DNA of 64,000 nucleotides, taken from assembly GCA_026989495.1 (NCBI GenBank), contig JALSJE010000054.1, positions 5,271 through 69,270 on the forward strand. Reading direction: 5' to 3'. The translations under genes were made by a program, and so were the position numbers. The number at the start of each line of letters is the position of its first letter. Positions within the stretch are counted from its first letter, which is position 1. This document shows positions 48,412 through 58,599 of the stretch, one piece after another. Below the pieces are notes generated by a model that worked only from the letters and a program-made list of their open reading frames with translations, was not told the origin of the DNA and made no database searches. Source of the DNA: Gammaproteobacteria bacterium. Its GTDB lineage: Bacteria; Pseudomonadota; Gammaproteobacteria; S144-34.

Positions 48412-49241
48412 ACCGCCACCGGGGCCTTGATGGGCGGGTGCGGGTCGTACCCCACCAGCTCGAAGTCCTCGTAGCGGAAGTCGAAGATGTCGCGCACCGC
48501 GGGATTGATGCGCATGACAGGCAGCGGGCGCGGCTCGCGCGCGAGCTGGGTGCGCGCCTGCTCCAGATGGTTGAGGTAGAGGTGCGCGTCGCCCAGGGTG
48601 TGGATGAGCTCCCCGGGCCTCAGGCCCGTCACCTGCGCCATCATCAGCGTGAGCAGGGCGTAGGAGGCGATGTTGAAGGGCAGCCCCAGGAAGATGTCGG
48701 CGCTGCGCTGGTAGAGCTGGCAGGAGAGCCGGCCGTCGGCCACGTAGAACTGGAAGAAGGTGTGGCAGGGCGCGAGCGCCATGCGGCCGGCGCGCACGTT
48801 GTCCTGCGGGCTCACGCCCTCGTCGGGGAGGTCCGCCACGTTCCAGGCGCTCACCAGGATGCGCCGCGAGTGCGGCCGCGTGCGCAGCTGCTCCACCACC
48901 TGTGCGATCTGGTCCACCACGCGCCCGTCGGGCGTGCGCCAGGCGCGCCACTGGCGGCCGTAGATGGGCCCGAGCTCGCCGTCCTCGGTGGCCCACTCGT
49001 CCCAGATGGTCACCCCGTGCTCGTGCAGGTAGCCGATGTTGGTCTCGCCGCGCAGGAACCAGAGCAGCTCGTGAATGATGGAGCGCAGGTGCAGCCGCTT
49101 GGTCGTGACCGCGGGGAAGCCCTCCGACAGGTCGAAGCGCATCTGCCAGCCGAAGATGCTGAGGGTGCCCGTGCCGGTGCGGTCCTCCTTGCGCACCCCA
49201 TGCTCGAGCACGTGCCGCATGAGTTCGAGGTACTGCCTCAT
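48408..49241 (-). CDS. thyA: thymidylate synthase
   Basis: This is the 3' part of ORF 48408..49709(-), with the ATG at 49241. Reads [31 protein letters not shown]...[12 protein letters not shown]... Confidence 0.97.
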   Translation of the reverse strand: MRQYLELMRHVLEHGVRKEDRTGTGTLSIFGWQMRFDLSEGFPAVTTKRLHLRSIIHELLWFLRGETNIGYLHEHGVTIWDEWATEDGELGPIYGRQWRAWRTPDGRVVDQIAQVVEQLRTRPHSRRILVSAWNVADLPDEGVSPQDNVRAGRMALAPCHTFFQFYVADGRLSCQLYQRSADIFLGLPFNIASYALLTLMMAQVTGLRPGELIHTLGDAHLYLNHLEQARTQLAREPRPLPVMRINPAVRDIFDFRYEDFELVGYDPHPPIKAPVAV

Positions 49242-50035
49242 CGCTCCCCCGCAGCCCCCCGGCGGGCGTAGGCACACCACAGCAGGCCCGCGCCCGCGGC
49301 GACCATGGGCAGCGAGAGGAGCTGGCCCATGGTCATCCACCCGAATGCGACGAAGCCCAGGTGCCGGTCGGGCTCGCGCGCGAACTCGACCAGGAAGCGG
49401 AACAGCCCGTAGAGCAGCAGGAACAGCCCCGAGGCGGCCATGCGCGGGCGCGGCCGCGCCGTGAACCACCACAGCGCGGCGAAGAGCGCCAGCCCCTCCA
49501 GCGCGGCCTCGTAGAGCTGCGAGGGATGGCGCGGCTCGGGCCCCGCGGGCGGGAAGACCATGCCCCAGGGGAGCGCCGTCGGCCGGCCCCACAGCTCGCC
49601 GTTGATGAAGTTGCCGAGACGCCCGAAGAAGAGCCCGGGCGGAACCAGCGGCGCGCAGAAGTCGGCCACCGCCCAGAAGCCGCGGCCGGAGCGCCGGCCG
49701 TAGAGCCACAGGGCGACGATCACGCCCAGCAGCCCGCCGTGGAAGGACATCCCGCCCTCCCAGATGCGCAGCGGCATGAGCGGGTCGGCGAGGAAGGCCT
49801 GCAGGCCGTAGAAGAGCACGTAGCCGAGACGTCCGCCGAGGATCACGCCGAAGGCCACGTACACGAGCAGGTCACCCACCTCGGCGGCCTCCCAGCCCGA
49901 GCCCGCTCGCGCGGCGCGCCGCCGCCCCAGCCACCACGCCGAGAGGAAGCCGAGCACGTACATGAGCCCGTACCAGCGCACCTCGAGCGGGCCGATCTCG
50001 ATGGCGACGGGGTCGAAGGCGGGATGGCGCAGCAT
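49238..50035 (-). CDS. lgt: prolipoprotein diacylglyceryl transferase
   Basis: ORF 49238..50065(-) with the ATG at 50035. Contains [36 protein letters not shown] and HPSQLYEA. Confidence 0.95.
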   Translation of the reverse strand: MLRHPAFDPVAIEIGPLEVRWYGLMYVLGFLSAWWLGRRRAARAGSGWEAAEVGDLLVYVAFGVILGGRLGYVLFYGLQAFLADPLMPLRIWEGGMSFHGGLLGVIVALWLYGRRSGRGFWAVADFCAPLVPPGLFFGRLGNFINGELWGRPTALPWGMVFPPAGPEPRHPSQLYEAALEGLALFAALWWFTARPRPRMAASGLFLLLYGLFRFLVEFAREPDRHLGFVAFGWMTMGQLLSLPMVAAGAGLLWCAYARRGAAGER

Positions 50036-51270
50036 CAGGCGAGGCTCACCCGCAGCACGAAGCACTTGAGGTACTCGGTCTCGGGGATGGCCGGGTGCAC
50101 CGGATGGTCCGGGGCCTGGTGGCCCTGCTCCAGCACCTGGAGGTTGCGGTCCACGTGGCGGGCGGCCTCGTGCACGAGGCGCGCGAGCAGCGCCCGCTCC
50201 ACATGGAAGGAGCAGGAGCAGGTCACCAGGATCCCGTCCCTGGCGAGCACCTGCATGGCCATGCGGTTGAGGCGGCGGTAGGCCTCGGTCCCGGCCTTGA
50301 GGTCACGCCGGCGCCTGACGAAGGCGGGCGGGTCGAGCACCACCACGTCGAAGCGCTCGCGCGCCGCGCGCAGCCGCGCGAGCGCCTCGAAGGCATCGGC
50401 GCGCAGGGTGCGCACGCGCCCGTCCACGCCGTTGAGGCGGGCGTTCCCGGCCACCCGCTCGAGCGCGGCCCCGGAGCTGTCCACGCACAGGACCTCGGCG
50501 GCGCCGCGCGCCGCCGCCGTCACGCCCCAGCCGCCCACGTAGCTGAAGAGGTCGAGCACGCGCGCGCCGCGCACGTAGCGGGCGAGCCGCGCGCGGTTGT
50601 CGCGCTGGTCGTAGAACCAGCCCGTCTTCTGTCCGCCCGCGAGCGGCACCCGGAAGCGCAGACCGTTCTCCTCGATCTCCACCGTCTCCGGCACCTCGCC
50701 CCATGCCACCTCCACCGTGCGCGGCAGGCCCTCGAGCTCGCGCACGGGGCTGTCGTTGCGCAGCACCACGGCCCGCGGCCGCAGCACCTTGCCGAGGGCG
50801 GCGAGCACGTCCGCGCGCGCGCGCTCCATGCCCGCCGTGTTGAGCTGAACGGCCAGCACCTCGCCGTAGCGGTCCACCACCAGGCCCGGCAAGCGGTCGC
50901 CCTCGCCGTGCACCAGCCGGTACCAGGGCCCCTCGAACAGCCGCTCGCGCAGGCCCAGGGCCACCTTGAGGCGGTGGACGATGAGCGAGCGCGAGAAGGG
51001 GTGGCGGCGGTCGCGGCTGACGATGCGCGCGCAGATGAGCGAGCGCGGGTTGACGTAGCCGGTGCCGAGGGGGCGCCCGTCCGCCGCCTGGATCTCCACC
51101 GGCTCGCCCGGCTCGAAGCCCGCAAGCGGGGTGGCGCGCGTGTCCACCTCGTTGCTGTAGACCCACAGGTGGCCCGCGCGCAGGCGCCGCTCCTCGCGCG
51201 GCCTGAGGCGCAGGGGCGCGAAGGCGGGCGCCTCGGGGGCTGGGGCGGGTGTCTCGGCTGCGGTGCTCAT
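50035..51270 (-). CDS. rlmI: class I SAM-dependent 23S rRNA (cytosine-C5) methyltransferase, RlmI-like (PUA + MTase)
   Basis: ORF 50035..51270(-), 411 aa. Contains [14 protein letters not shown] (PUA-type N-terminus), [12 protein letters not shown] and [10 protein letters not shown]. Confidence 0.82.
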   Translation of the reverse strand: MSTAAETPAPAPEAPAFAPLRLRPREERRLRAGHLWVYSNEVDTRATPLAGFEPGEPVEIQAADGRPLGTGYVNPRSLICARIVSRDRRHPFSRSLIVHRLKVALGLRERLFEGPWYRLVHGEGDRLPGLVVDRYGEVLAVQLNTAGMERARADVLAALGKVLRPRAVVLRNDSPVRELEGLPRTVEVAWGEVPETVEIEENGLRFRVPLAGGQKTGWFYDQRDNRARLARYVRGARVLDLFSYVGGWGVTAAARGAAEVLCVDSSGAALERVAGNARLNGVDGRVRTLRADAFEALARLRAARERFDVVVLDPPAFVRRRRDLKAGTEAYRRLNRMAMQVLARDGILVTCSCSFHVERALLARLVHEAARHVDRNLQVLEQGHQAPDHPVHPAIPETEYLKCFVLRVSLA

Positions 51271-51753
51271 GGCAGGCGTCGCTGCGGGCGGCGGCGCCCA
51301 TTGTGCGCCAGGGGCGCGTCCCGCGCCAGCGCCGGACAGCGGCGGGCTCCAACGTATGGAAGCGCCGATCGATCCGCGCAGCGGATTGCTGTTTTCGTGG
51401 ACGTCCCGAACCTGGCCACCGCCTCCGCAGCCGCTTCACCGCCGCCTGCGGACCAGGCTTCCAGCCCCCGCCTCTGACCCCGTGCCGCCGCAGGCGTGGC
51501 TTCCAGCCGCGCCGGGCCGGCTGGAAGCCGGCCCCCACCGGGAGGGGGAGCGGCGAGGCAAGCGAGCGCGGGCGTGGGTCGGGATGAGGCGTGTCCGGAG
51601 GGCGGACGGCCGGCTTTCCCTGCGGCCGACGGGGTTGCGTGTCGCCGGGGTGTGACGTTCAATATCCGCCCGCCGTCGGTTTCCGGCACGCGACCCCCGC
51701 GCGCATCCCCCGACCACGCGACGGGGCGCCCCGGAGGCGCCCGAGGAGCCTGC

Positions 51754-52791
51754 ATGTCCGATCCGCGCGTGACCCTCGAGCCCGGCGGGCACACCTTCGA
51801 GGTGGGCCCGGGCGAGACCATCCTCGAGGCGGGCCTGCGCCACGGCCTCGCCATGCCTTACGGCTGCCGCAACGGCGCCTGCGGCTCCTGCCGCGCGAGG
51901 GTGCTGCGCGGCGCCGTGGCCTACCCGGACGGGCCCCCGCCGGGCCTGAGCGAGGCCGAGGCGGCCGAGGGCTACGCGCTGCCGTGCCAGGCCGTGCCCG
52001 AGGGCGACGTGGTGCTGGAGCTGCCGCAGGTGGGCGCGGCGCCCGACATCCCGGTGCGGCAGATGCCGGTGCGGGTGGCGCGCATGGAGCGGGTGGCCCC
52101 GGACGTGATGCGCCTCTGGCTCAAGCCGCCCATGACCGAGCGGCTGCGCTTCCTGCCCGGCCAGTACCTGGACGTGCTCCTGCGTGACGGGCGCCGGCGC
52201 GGGTTCTCCATCGCCAACCCGCCCCACGACGACGCCCTCATCGAGCTGCATGTGCGCCACCACCCGGGTGGCGCCTTCACCGAGCATGTGTTCACGACCA
52301 TGCGCCCCAAGGACCTGCTGCGCATCGAGGCCCCGCTGGGCGGCTTCCACCTGCGCGAGGCGGGCGAGCGCCCCATCCTGATGGTGGCCGGGGGCACGGG
52401 CTTCGCGCCCATCAAGGCCATGGTGGAGCACGCGCTCCACGTCGGTCTCGCCCGCCCCATCACGGTCTACTGGGGCGCGCGCGACCGCGCGGGCCTCTAT
52501 CTCCACGAGCTGGCGGCGGGCTGGGCCCGGGCGCACCCGGAGCGCATCCGCTACGTGCCGGTGCTGTCCGAGCCGCGGCCGGAGGACGCCTGGGACGGCC
52601 GCACGGGCCTCGTGCACGAGGCGGTGCTGGCCGATCATCCTGACCTCCCGCGCTTCGACGTCTACATGGCGGGGCCGCCGGGCATGATCCGGGCCGCCCG
52701 CGAGGCCTTTCTCGCCCGGGGCCTGCCCGAGGGCCAGCTCTTCTACGACAGCTTCGAGCCGGCCGCCGACCCCCGGCTGGCCGCATCCTGA
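51754..52791 (+). CDS. 2Fe-2S ferredoxin / FAD-NAD(P)H oxidoreductase (Fre/AscD-like)
   Basis: This is the 3' part of ORF 51496..52791(+), with the ATG at 51754. Has a plant-type ferredoxin Cys cluster (CRNGACGSC...C), RGFSIAN (RxYS-like FAD motif) and MVAGGTGFAP. Confidence 0.88.
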   Translation: MSDPRVTLEPGGHTFEVGPGETILEAGLRHGLAMPYGCRNGACGSCRARVLRGAVAYPDGPPPGLSEAEAAEGYALPCQAVPEGDVVLELPQVGAAPDIPVRQMPVRVARMERVAPDVMRLWLKPPMTERLRFLPGQYLDVLLRDGRRRGFSIANPPHDDALIELHVRHHPGGAFTEHVFTTMRPKDLLRIEAPLGGFHLREAGERPILMVAGGTGFAPIKAMVEHALHVGLARPITVYWGARDRAGLYLHELAAGWARAHPERIRYVPVLSEPRPEDAWDGRTGLVHEAVLADHPDLPRFDVYMAGPPGMIRAAREAFLARGLPEGQLFYDSFEPAADPRLAAS

Positions 52792-52923
52792 GCACCTTCC
52801 TCCCCGCCCGGCGGCGCCCCGGAGACGGCCGCGGGCGGCGCCGTGGGCGCGGGCGCGGAGCGCAGCGAAGCGGAGATGCGGCCCATCGGCGCGCGCCCGC
52901 AGGCGGGACGGCCTCGCCACGCC

Positions 52924-54192
52924 CTACGACCGGACCGCAGCCCCCGGCAACCGCTCCGGCACGGCGGGCGGCGGCAGCGCCGTCCGCCCCGGGGCCTGCA
53001 GGCCCGCCTCCTGGAGGGCGAGCTCCAGCCCCTCGCGCCGGCGCTGGGCGGCGGCCTCGTGCTCGCCCATCCGGTCGAGCACCTCGGCCAGCTCGCGGGC
53101 GGTCTCGGCGCGGCGTGCGAGTCCCAGGCTCGCCTCCAGGTAGCCGCGCGCCTTGCCCCACAGCCCCGCGCGGGCCGCGAGCCGCCCCAGGGTGAGCAGC
53201 AGGGTGGCGTCGCGGTCGCGCCGCCCCAGCCAGCGCTCGGCCTCGGCGAGGCGCCGCTGGGCGTCGCCTCCGCCGAGCAGCCCGTAGAGCCACACCAGCC
53301 GCTCGTCCCAGCGCCGCCTGAGCAGGCGACGGATCTCGCGCTCGGCCTCGGCCTCGCGTCCGACGGCCACGAGGTGCGTCAGGCGGGCGCGTGCGAGCTC
53401 GGGATCCTCGCGCAGGGCCCGGGGCACTTCCGCCCACGCCGCCTCCAGGGCGCGGGCGTCGGTGTCCTCGGCGGCACGCGCCATGCGATGCAGGTGCACC
53501 TCGCGCTCGAGGGCGCGCAGCGCCTCGGCGTCGAGCACCCTGCGCCGGCGCAGCTCCGGCAGGAGCGGGAGCAGGTGGTCCCAGTCGCGCAGCTCGCGGT
53601 AGAGGCGCGCGAGCAGCTTGAGGACGTGGGCATGGCGCGGAGCGAGCCCGCGCAGGTGGGTGAGCGTGGCGAGCGCCTGCTCGAGCTGGCGGTGGGCGAT
53701 CTGGAGCTCGGCCTGGGTCAGCCCCACGGCCACGTCGGCGGCCGGCATGCTCTCGTGGGCGCGGCGCAGGTGGTCGTCGCGGCGATCGTGGGCGCCCTGC
53801 TGCTGGGCCGCGCGGGCCGCGCCCAGCCAGTTGAGGAGGGGGGTCTCGCTGTCGGGGGCGCTGCGGACGAGCAGCCGCTCGGCCTCCGCCCACCGCCCCT
53901 CGGCCAGCGCGATGAGGCCCTTGACCAGGCCCTCGCGCGCGCGCAGGGTCCGGCGGCGCCGGCGCCGGCGGGCCGCGGCCCCCGGCAGGCGCCACAGCCC
54001 CGCCACCGCGCGCACGAGCAGCCACAGCCCGGCGCCCAGCACGAGCAGCGCCGCCACCAGGAAGGCGAGGCTGGTCTCCACCCGCCAGGGGCCGGCGGCG
54101 ATGAGCACATAGCCGGGTTCGCGCGCCAGCACCAGGGCGAGCGCCACCGCGCCCACCAGCACCGCCACCAGCGCGAGCAGCCGCCGGATCAC
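52924..54192 (-). CDS. hemY: HemY-like haem biosynthesis-associated TPR membrane protein
   Basis: ORF 52924..54192(-), GTG start. Has two N-terminal TM segments followed by TPR-like repeats. hemC-hemD-hemX-hemY order. Confidence 0.85.
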   Translation of the reverse strand: MIRRLLALVAVLVGAVALALVLAREPGYVLIAAGPWRVETSLAFLVAALLVLGAGLWLLVRAVAGLWRLPGAAARRRRRRRTLRAREGLVKGLIALAEGRWAEAERLLVRSAPDSETPLLNWLGAARAAQQQGAHDRRDDHLRRAHESMPAADVAVGLTQAELQIAHRQLEQALATLTHLRGLAPRHAHVLKLLARLYRELRDWDHLLPLLPELRRRRVLDAEALRALEREVHLHRMARAAEDTDARALEAAWAEVPRALREDPELARARLTHLVAVGREAEAEREIRRLLRRRWDERLVWLYGLLGGGDAQRRLAEAERWLGRRDRDATLLLTLGRLAARAGLWGKARGYLEASLGLARRAETARELAEVLDRMGEHEAAAQRRREGLELALQEAGLQAPGRTALPPPAVPERLPGAAVRS

Positions 54193-54253
54193 GGCGCTCC
54201 CCTGCGGGCGCGGGCCGGAAGCCGGGTCGCGGAAGACGGGGACGGGGAATGCG

Positions 54254-55420
54254 TCATGGCGTACGCCCCGCCTGAGGGCGCGCGGCCAGCGCCTCCCTGA
54301 GCTGCGCGAGCGGCTCGGCCAGATTCGGGAGCTCGGGCCGCAGCCGCGCCTCGCCCAGCCGGGCGAGGCTCGCCGCCATGGCCTTCACGGCCGCATCCTC
54401 CGGATCGAAGTAGGTGAGCAGCCACGCGCGCGCGTCCGCGAGCGCGGCGCGGAAGGTCCGCTCGCGCCGCTCCAGCAGCGCCACGCGGGCCGCGTCCAGC
54501 TTGAGGCGCAGGTTGAGGACCAGGAAATACTGCTCGTCCGGGGCGAGCAGGGGCTGGATGGGACGGTCGGCGCGGCGCACCACCACCAGGCCGCGCAGCG
54601 CCTCCCAGGCGGTGGCGAGCGCCCGCCGCCAGGCGGGGCCCTCGGCCGCCTGCCCCGCTTCCGCCGCGGCCCCGGGGCCTGCGGGCGGGGCGGGGCGCCG
54701 GTAGGCCGGGGCCAGCGGCAGGGCCTCGACGCGCTCGCCGAGGCTCGCCAGCTCCAGGGCCATGCCTTCCACGTCGGGGCGCGGCACCGCCTCCAGCGCC
54801 GCGCGCGCCCGCGCGAGGGCCTCGCGCACCGGGATGAGGCCCGGGTCGGCGAGCTCGCGCACCACCGCATCCGCCTCCGCCACGGCGGCCAGGGCGGCAT
54901 CCACGTCGCCCGCGAGCCGCAGGCGGCGCGCGGCCATGCGCACCAGGTATTCGGCCTCGGCGATCCGCCAGCCGCCGGCGCGGCGTCGCGCATCGCGGGC
55001 GAGGGCCTCGAAGGCCTCCTGCAGGGCCTGGCGCTCCCGGACGGCGTCCGCCACGGCCTGCTCCAGGCGGCGGGCGATCTCGGCCTGACGCGCCGTCACC
55101 GTCTCGAGGCGCCTGGCGAGATCGGCGCCTGCCTCCGCCTGCCGGCGCAGCTCCTGCTGGAGCTGCCGGCCGAACCAGCCCCCGGCGCCGGCCAGCCCCA
55201 GCCCGAGGACCAGGGCGAACGCGCCGAGCGCGAGCGCCGCCCGCCCTGCGGCGGATGGCCCGGGTTCCGGCGCAGGCCGCTCCGGGCCTGCCTCCGGGGC
55301 CGCGGCCTCCGGCCGCCCGTCCCCGGCGCCGGCTACGGTCTCCTCCGGGACCGCCTCCGCCGGTGCCTCCTGCGACCCTTCCGCCGGGGTCCCGTCGCGC
55401 TTCTCCTCGGCCACCCTCAC
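54254..55420 (-). CDS. hemX: HemX-domain protein (uroporphyrinogen-III C-methyltransferase-annotated family)
   Basis: ORF 54254..55420(-), GTG start. Has an Ala/Pro/Glu-rich N-terminus, one TM segment, a coiled-coil, and a C-terminal HemX-like region. Confidence 0.8.
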   Translation of the reverse strand: MRVAEEKRDGTPAEGSQEAPAEAVPEETVAGAGDGRPEAAAPEAGPERPAPEPGPSAAGRAALALGAFALVLGLGLAGAGGWFGRQLQQELRRQAEAGADLARRLETVTARQAEIARRLEQAVADAVRERQALQEAFEALARDARRRAGGWRIAEAEYLVRMAARRLRLAGDVDAALAAVAEADAVVRELADPGLIPVREALARARAALEAVPRPDVEGMALELASLGERVEALPLAPAYRRPAPPAGPGAAAEAGQAAEGPAWRRALATAWEALRGLVVVRRADRPIQPLLAPDEQYFLVLNLRLKLDAARVALLERRERTFRAALADARAWLLTYFDPEDAAVKAMAASLARLGEARLRPELPNLAEPLAQLREALAARPQAGRTP

Positions 55421-55448
55421 CCTCCGTCGCGCGCGGCCGCGCGGGGTG

Positions 55449-56240
55449 TCATGCCTCCCCGCCCGCGCGCCAGCGCCGCAGCGCCTCCAGGATCGCCTCG
55501 TCGCTGGCGGCCTCCGCCACCACGGGCGGATGGCGAAAGCCCAGCTCCGCGGCGAGTTGTACCATACGCTCGCTCACCACAACCAGCGGCGTCGCCCGCA
55601 GCCAGGCGCGTCCCAGCTTGCCCACCATGTCGTAGAGGTTGCGCAGCCCCTCGCCGCTGGTGACCACGATGGCATGGATCTCACCCCGGGCCCAGGCCTT
55701 GAGCAGGCGGCCGACGTCGCCGCGCGGGCGCACACGGCGGTAGGCCTCGGCGTAGGTGACCTCGGCGCCGCGCGCGCGCAGGACATCGCCCAGGTGCTCG
55801 CGCCCGCCTTCGCCGCGGAAGATCACCACGCGGCGGCCGGCGAGGCGCTCCGGGGCGAGCTCGGGCAGCGCCAGCAGGGCCTCGCTGTCGAAGCGCCGGC
55901 GGGGATAGACGTGGGGCTCGACCCCGAAGGTGCGCAGCGCCCGGGCCGAGCCGCGGCCGATGGCCGCCACCAGCAGCCCCTCGGGCAGCCCGCCGCGGCG
56001 CGCCCGGATCAGGTTCATGGCCCGCTCGACCGCGTTGGGGCTGATGAAGATGGCGACGTGGAAGCGCTCGAGCGCATCGATGGCCGCGAGCAGGGGAGCG
56101 GTGTCGCGCGGCTCGACGATCTCCAGCACGGGGAAGCGGATGGCGCGGCCTCCGTCGGCCTCGATCAGGCGGCACAGGCCCTCGGCCTGATGGGCGGGCC
56201 GTGTGACCACGATGCCGAGGCCGGCAAGCGCCCCCCTCAC
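55449..56240 (-). CDS. hemD: uroporphyrinogen-III synthase
   Basis: This is the 3' part of ORF 55449..57791(-). The GTG at 56240 overlaps the hemC stop (GTGA). Reads [34 protein letters not shown]... Confidence 0.88.
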   Translation of the reverse strand: MRGALAGLGIVVTRPAHQAEGLCRLIEADGGRAIRFPVLEIVEPRDTAPLLAAIDALERFHVAIFISPNAVERAMNLIRARRGGLPEGLLVAAIGRGSARALRTFGVEPHVYPRRRFDSEALLALPELAPERLAGRRVVIFRGEGGREHLGDVLRARGAEVTYAEAYRRVRPRGDVGRLLKAWARGEIHAIVVTSGEGLRNLYDMVGKLGRAWLRATPLVVVSERMVQLAAELGFRHPPVVAEAASDEAILEALRRWRAGGEA

Positions 56241-57181
56241 GGGCCGGCGCCTTCCTCCAGCGCCGCCAGGATGCGGTCGGCCCCACGCGCCAGCAGATCC
56301 TCGGCCAACGCCCGCCCCAGCAGGCCCGCGTCCTCGGGCCGCCCGCTGACGACCCCCTCCACGAGCTCGGTGCCGTCCGGCCGTCCCACCAGGCCCCGCA
56401 CCAGGATCACGTCCCGCTCCAGCACCGCGTGTGCCGCAAGCGGCACCTGGCAGCCGCCCCCGAGGCGGGCGTTGAAGGCACGCTCCGCCTCGACGCAGAT
56501 GCGGGTGGGCCCGTCCTCCAGGGGCGCGAGCAGCGCGCGCAGGGGCGCGTCGTCGGCGCGGCACTCCACGCCGATGGCCCCCTGGGCGATGGCAGGCAGG
56601 AGCTCCTCGGGCGCGAGCGGCCGGGTGATGCGACGGGCCTCGCCCAGGCGGCGCAGGCCCGCCGCCGCGAGCACGATGGCGTCGTAGCGGCCCTCGTCGA
56701 GGCGGGCGAGGCGCGTTCCGACGTTGCCGCGCAGGTCGAGCACCTCCAGGTCCGGCCGCCTGGCCCGGAGCTGGCACTGGCGCCGCAGGCTGGAGGTGCC
56801 CACGCGCGCGCCCTTCGGGAGCGTGTCCAGGTCCAGGCCGGGAGCCCGCGCCACCAGGGCGTCGCGGGGGTCTTCCCGTTCGAGGATGGCGCCGATGACG
56901 AGCCCCGGGGGCAGCGCCACCGGCACGTCCTTCATGGAATGGACGGCGATGTCGGCGCGCCCCTCCAGCAGGGCGCGCTCCAGCTCCTTGACGAACAGGC
57001 CCTTGCCGCCGATGCGGGCGAGCGGGCTGTCGAGGATGCGGTCGCCCCGGGTCACCATGGGCACGAGCTCGACCGTGAGCCCGGGGTGGGCGGCACGCAG
57101 CCGCGCGGCCACGTGCTCGGCCTGCCACAGGGCGAGCGGGCTGCGGCGGGTGGCGATGCGGACGGTCCCGGACGTGCCCAA
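56237..57181 (-). CDS. hemC: hydroxymethylbilane synthase (porphobilinogen deaminase)
   Basis: ORF 56237..57337(-) trimmed to the TTG at 57181, 6 nt after AGGAG. The product then begins (L->M)[23 protein letters not shown], matching E. coli [20 protein letters not shown]. Confidence 0.93.
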   Translation of the reverse strand: MGTSGTVRIATRRSPLALWQAEHVAARLRAAHPGLTVELVPMVTRGDRILDSPLARIGGKGLFVKELERALLEGRADIAVHSMKDVPVALPPGLVIGAILEREDPRDALVARAPGLDLDTLPKGARVGTSSLRRQCQLRARRPDLEVLDLRGNVGTRLARLDEGRYDAIVLAAAGLRRLGEARRITRPLAPEELLPAIAQGAIGVECRADDAPLRALLAPLEDGPTRICVEAERAFNARLGGGCQVPLAAHAVLERDVILVRGLVGRPDGTELVEGVVSGRPEDAGLLGRALAEDLLARGADRILAALEEGAGP

Positions 57182-57287
57182 GGCGTACTCCTGGCTGCGG
57201 CGCCGGCCGCCATTCTGCCACGACCGGCGGACGTCCGGTCCCGCCGGCCGGGCGGGCGGGTGGCATGGCCCTCGAAGGTGTGTGAAA

Positions 57288-57824
57288 ATGGAGTCGATGC
57301 GCCTTGCGATCGCCACCCTGGGGCTGCTCGCCACCACCGCCGCGGCCGCGCAGCCCCCGCTCCCCCCGGTCGAGGTGCCGGTGGCCGCCGACCTCCGGGC
57401 CGAAGGCCGGGCCGCCGAGCGCTCCGGCCGGGCGCTGGTGCTGGTCTTCGCCTCCGAGGACTGCAGCTACTGCATGGTGCTGGAGGAGGAGATCCTCAAG
57501 CCCATGCTGCGCAGCGGCGAGTACGACCACCGCATCCGCATGCGCAAGGTGATGCTCGACGCCGGCGAGAGCGTGGTGGACTTCGCCGGCGAGGAGGTGG
57601 AGACCGCCGCGCTCGCCGACCGCTACGGGGTCTTCGTCACCCCCACCGTCCTCTTCGTGGACGCCGAGGGCACCGAGCTCGCCACCCGCCTCGTCGGCAT
57701 CAACACCGTGGAGCTCTACGGGGGCTACATGGACGCCGCCATCGACCAGGCGGTGGCCCGCATCGAGGCCAGGGCCCGGCTCGCGCGCCACGCCGCCGAC
57801 GAGCCCGGGACCGCCACCGACTAG
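57288..57824 (+). CDS. periplasmic thioredoxin-fold protein
   Basis: This is the 3' part of ORF 56724..57824(+), with the ATG at 57288. Has a signal peptide, then [19 protein letters not shown] (CxxC) and [12 protein letters not shown]. Confidence 0.78.
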   Translation: MESMRLAIATLGLLATTAAAAQPPLPPVEVPVAADLRAEGRAAERSGRALVLVFASEDCSYCMVLEEEILKPMLRSGEYDHRIRMRKVMLDAGESVVDFAGEEVETAALADRYGVFVTPTVLFVDAEGTELATRLVGINTVELYGGYMDAAIDQAVARIEARARLARHAADEPGTATD

Positions 57825-57849
57825 CGGGCTCCATCGACCGTCCGACCGC

Positions 57850-58599
57850 TCAGCCCCGGCCCTGCCCCAGGGCCTTGAGGCGTTTGCGCAGGCCGGGCAC
57901 GTGGCGGCGGCTCACCTCCACCCGGTCGTCGATGCCCTGGATCCGCACGTAGCAGCGCCCTTCGGGCGAGCGCTCCATGCCCGCGATGCAGGCCACCGCC
58001 ACCAGGGCGTTGCGGTGGACACGGATGAAGCGCTCGCCGAACTCCCGCTCCAGGGACTTGAGCGACTCCTCGATCAGCACCTCGCCGCCCTTGTGGCGCA
58101 CGGTGACGTACTTCTGGTCTGCCTGGAAGTAGTAGACGTCCGCCACCGGCACGAGCTGCAGGTTGCCCCGCAGCCGCGCGCAGATGTGGGTGCGGGCGCG
58201 GCCCTCGCCCTGCCCGGCCTCGAGGGCCTCCACCTGGGCGAGCGTGAGGCGGCGCGCCTGGGCCAGCGCCCGCTCCAGGCGCTCGCGGCGCACGGGCTTC
58301 AGCACGTAGTCCACCGCCTGGGCGTCGAAGGCCTCCAGCGCGTAGTCGCCGTAGGCGGTGGCGAAGACGACGGCCGGCGGCCGCTCGAGCGAGCCCAGGT
58401 GGCGGGCGGCTTCCAGCCCGTCCATGCCCGGCATGCGGATATCGAGCAGCACCACGTCCGGGTGCAGCCGCTGGACCAGCTCCAGGGCCTCGCGACCGCT
58501 GGCGGCCTCGCCCACCACCTCGCAGCCCTCGATCTGCTCGAGCAGGCTACGCAGCCGGTCGCGCGCCAGCGCCTCGTCGTCCACGATCAGCACCCGCAT
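57850..58599 (-). CDS. algR: LytTR-family two-component response regulator (AlgR-like)
   Basis: ORF 57850..58599(-). Has a receiver domain (MRVLIVDDE...DVVLLDIRMPGMDG) plus a LytTR DNA-binding domain (FIRVHRNALV). Adjacent to hemC, as algR is in Pseudomonas. Confidence 0.9.
   Translation of the reverse strand: MRVLIVDDEALARDRLRSLLEQIEGCEVVGEAASGREALELVQRLHPDVVLLDIRMPGMDGLEAARHLGSLERPPAVVFATAYGDYALEAFDAQAVDYVLKPVRRERLERALAQARRLTLAQVEALEAGQGEGRARTHICARLRGNLQLVPVADVYYFQADQKYVTVRHKGGEVLIEESLKSLEREFGERFIRVHRNALVAVACIAGMERSPEGRCYVRIQGIDDRVEVSRRHVPGLRKRLKALGQGRG

Noticed and set aside
56241-57791. The upstream 517 codons of ORF 55449..57791(-), which would give a 780-aa 'HemD'.
   Set aside because: Only the last 263 codons resemble uroporphyrinogen-III synthase. 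The remainder overlaps hemC (a different frame) and the thioredoxin-like gene (the opposite strand).
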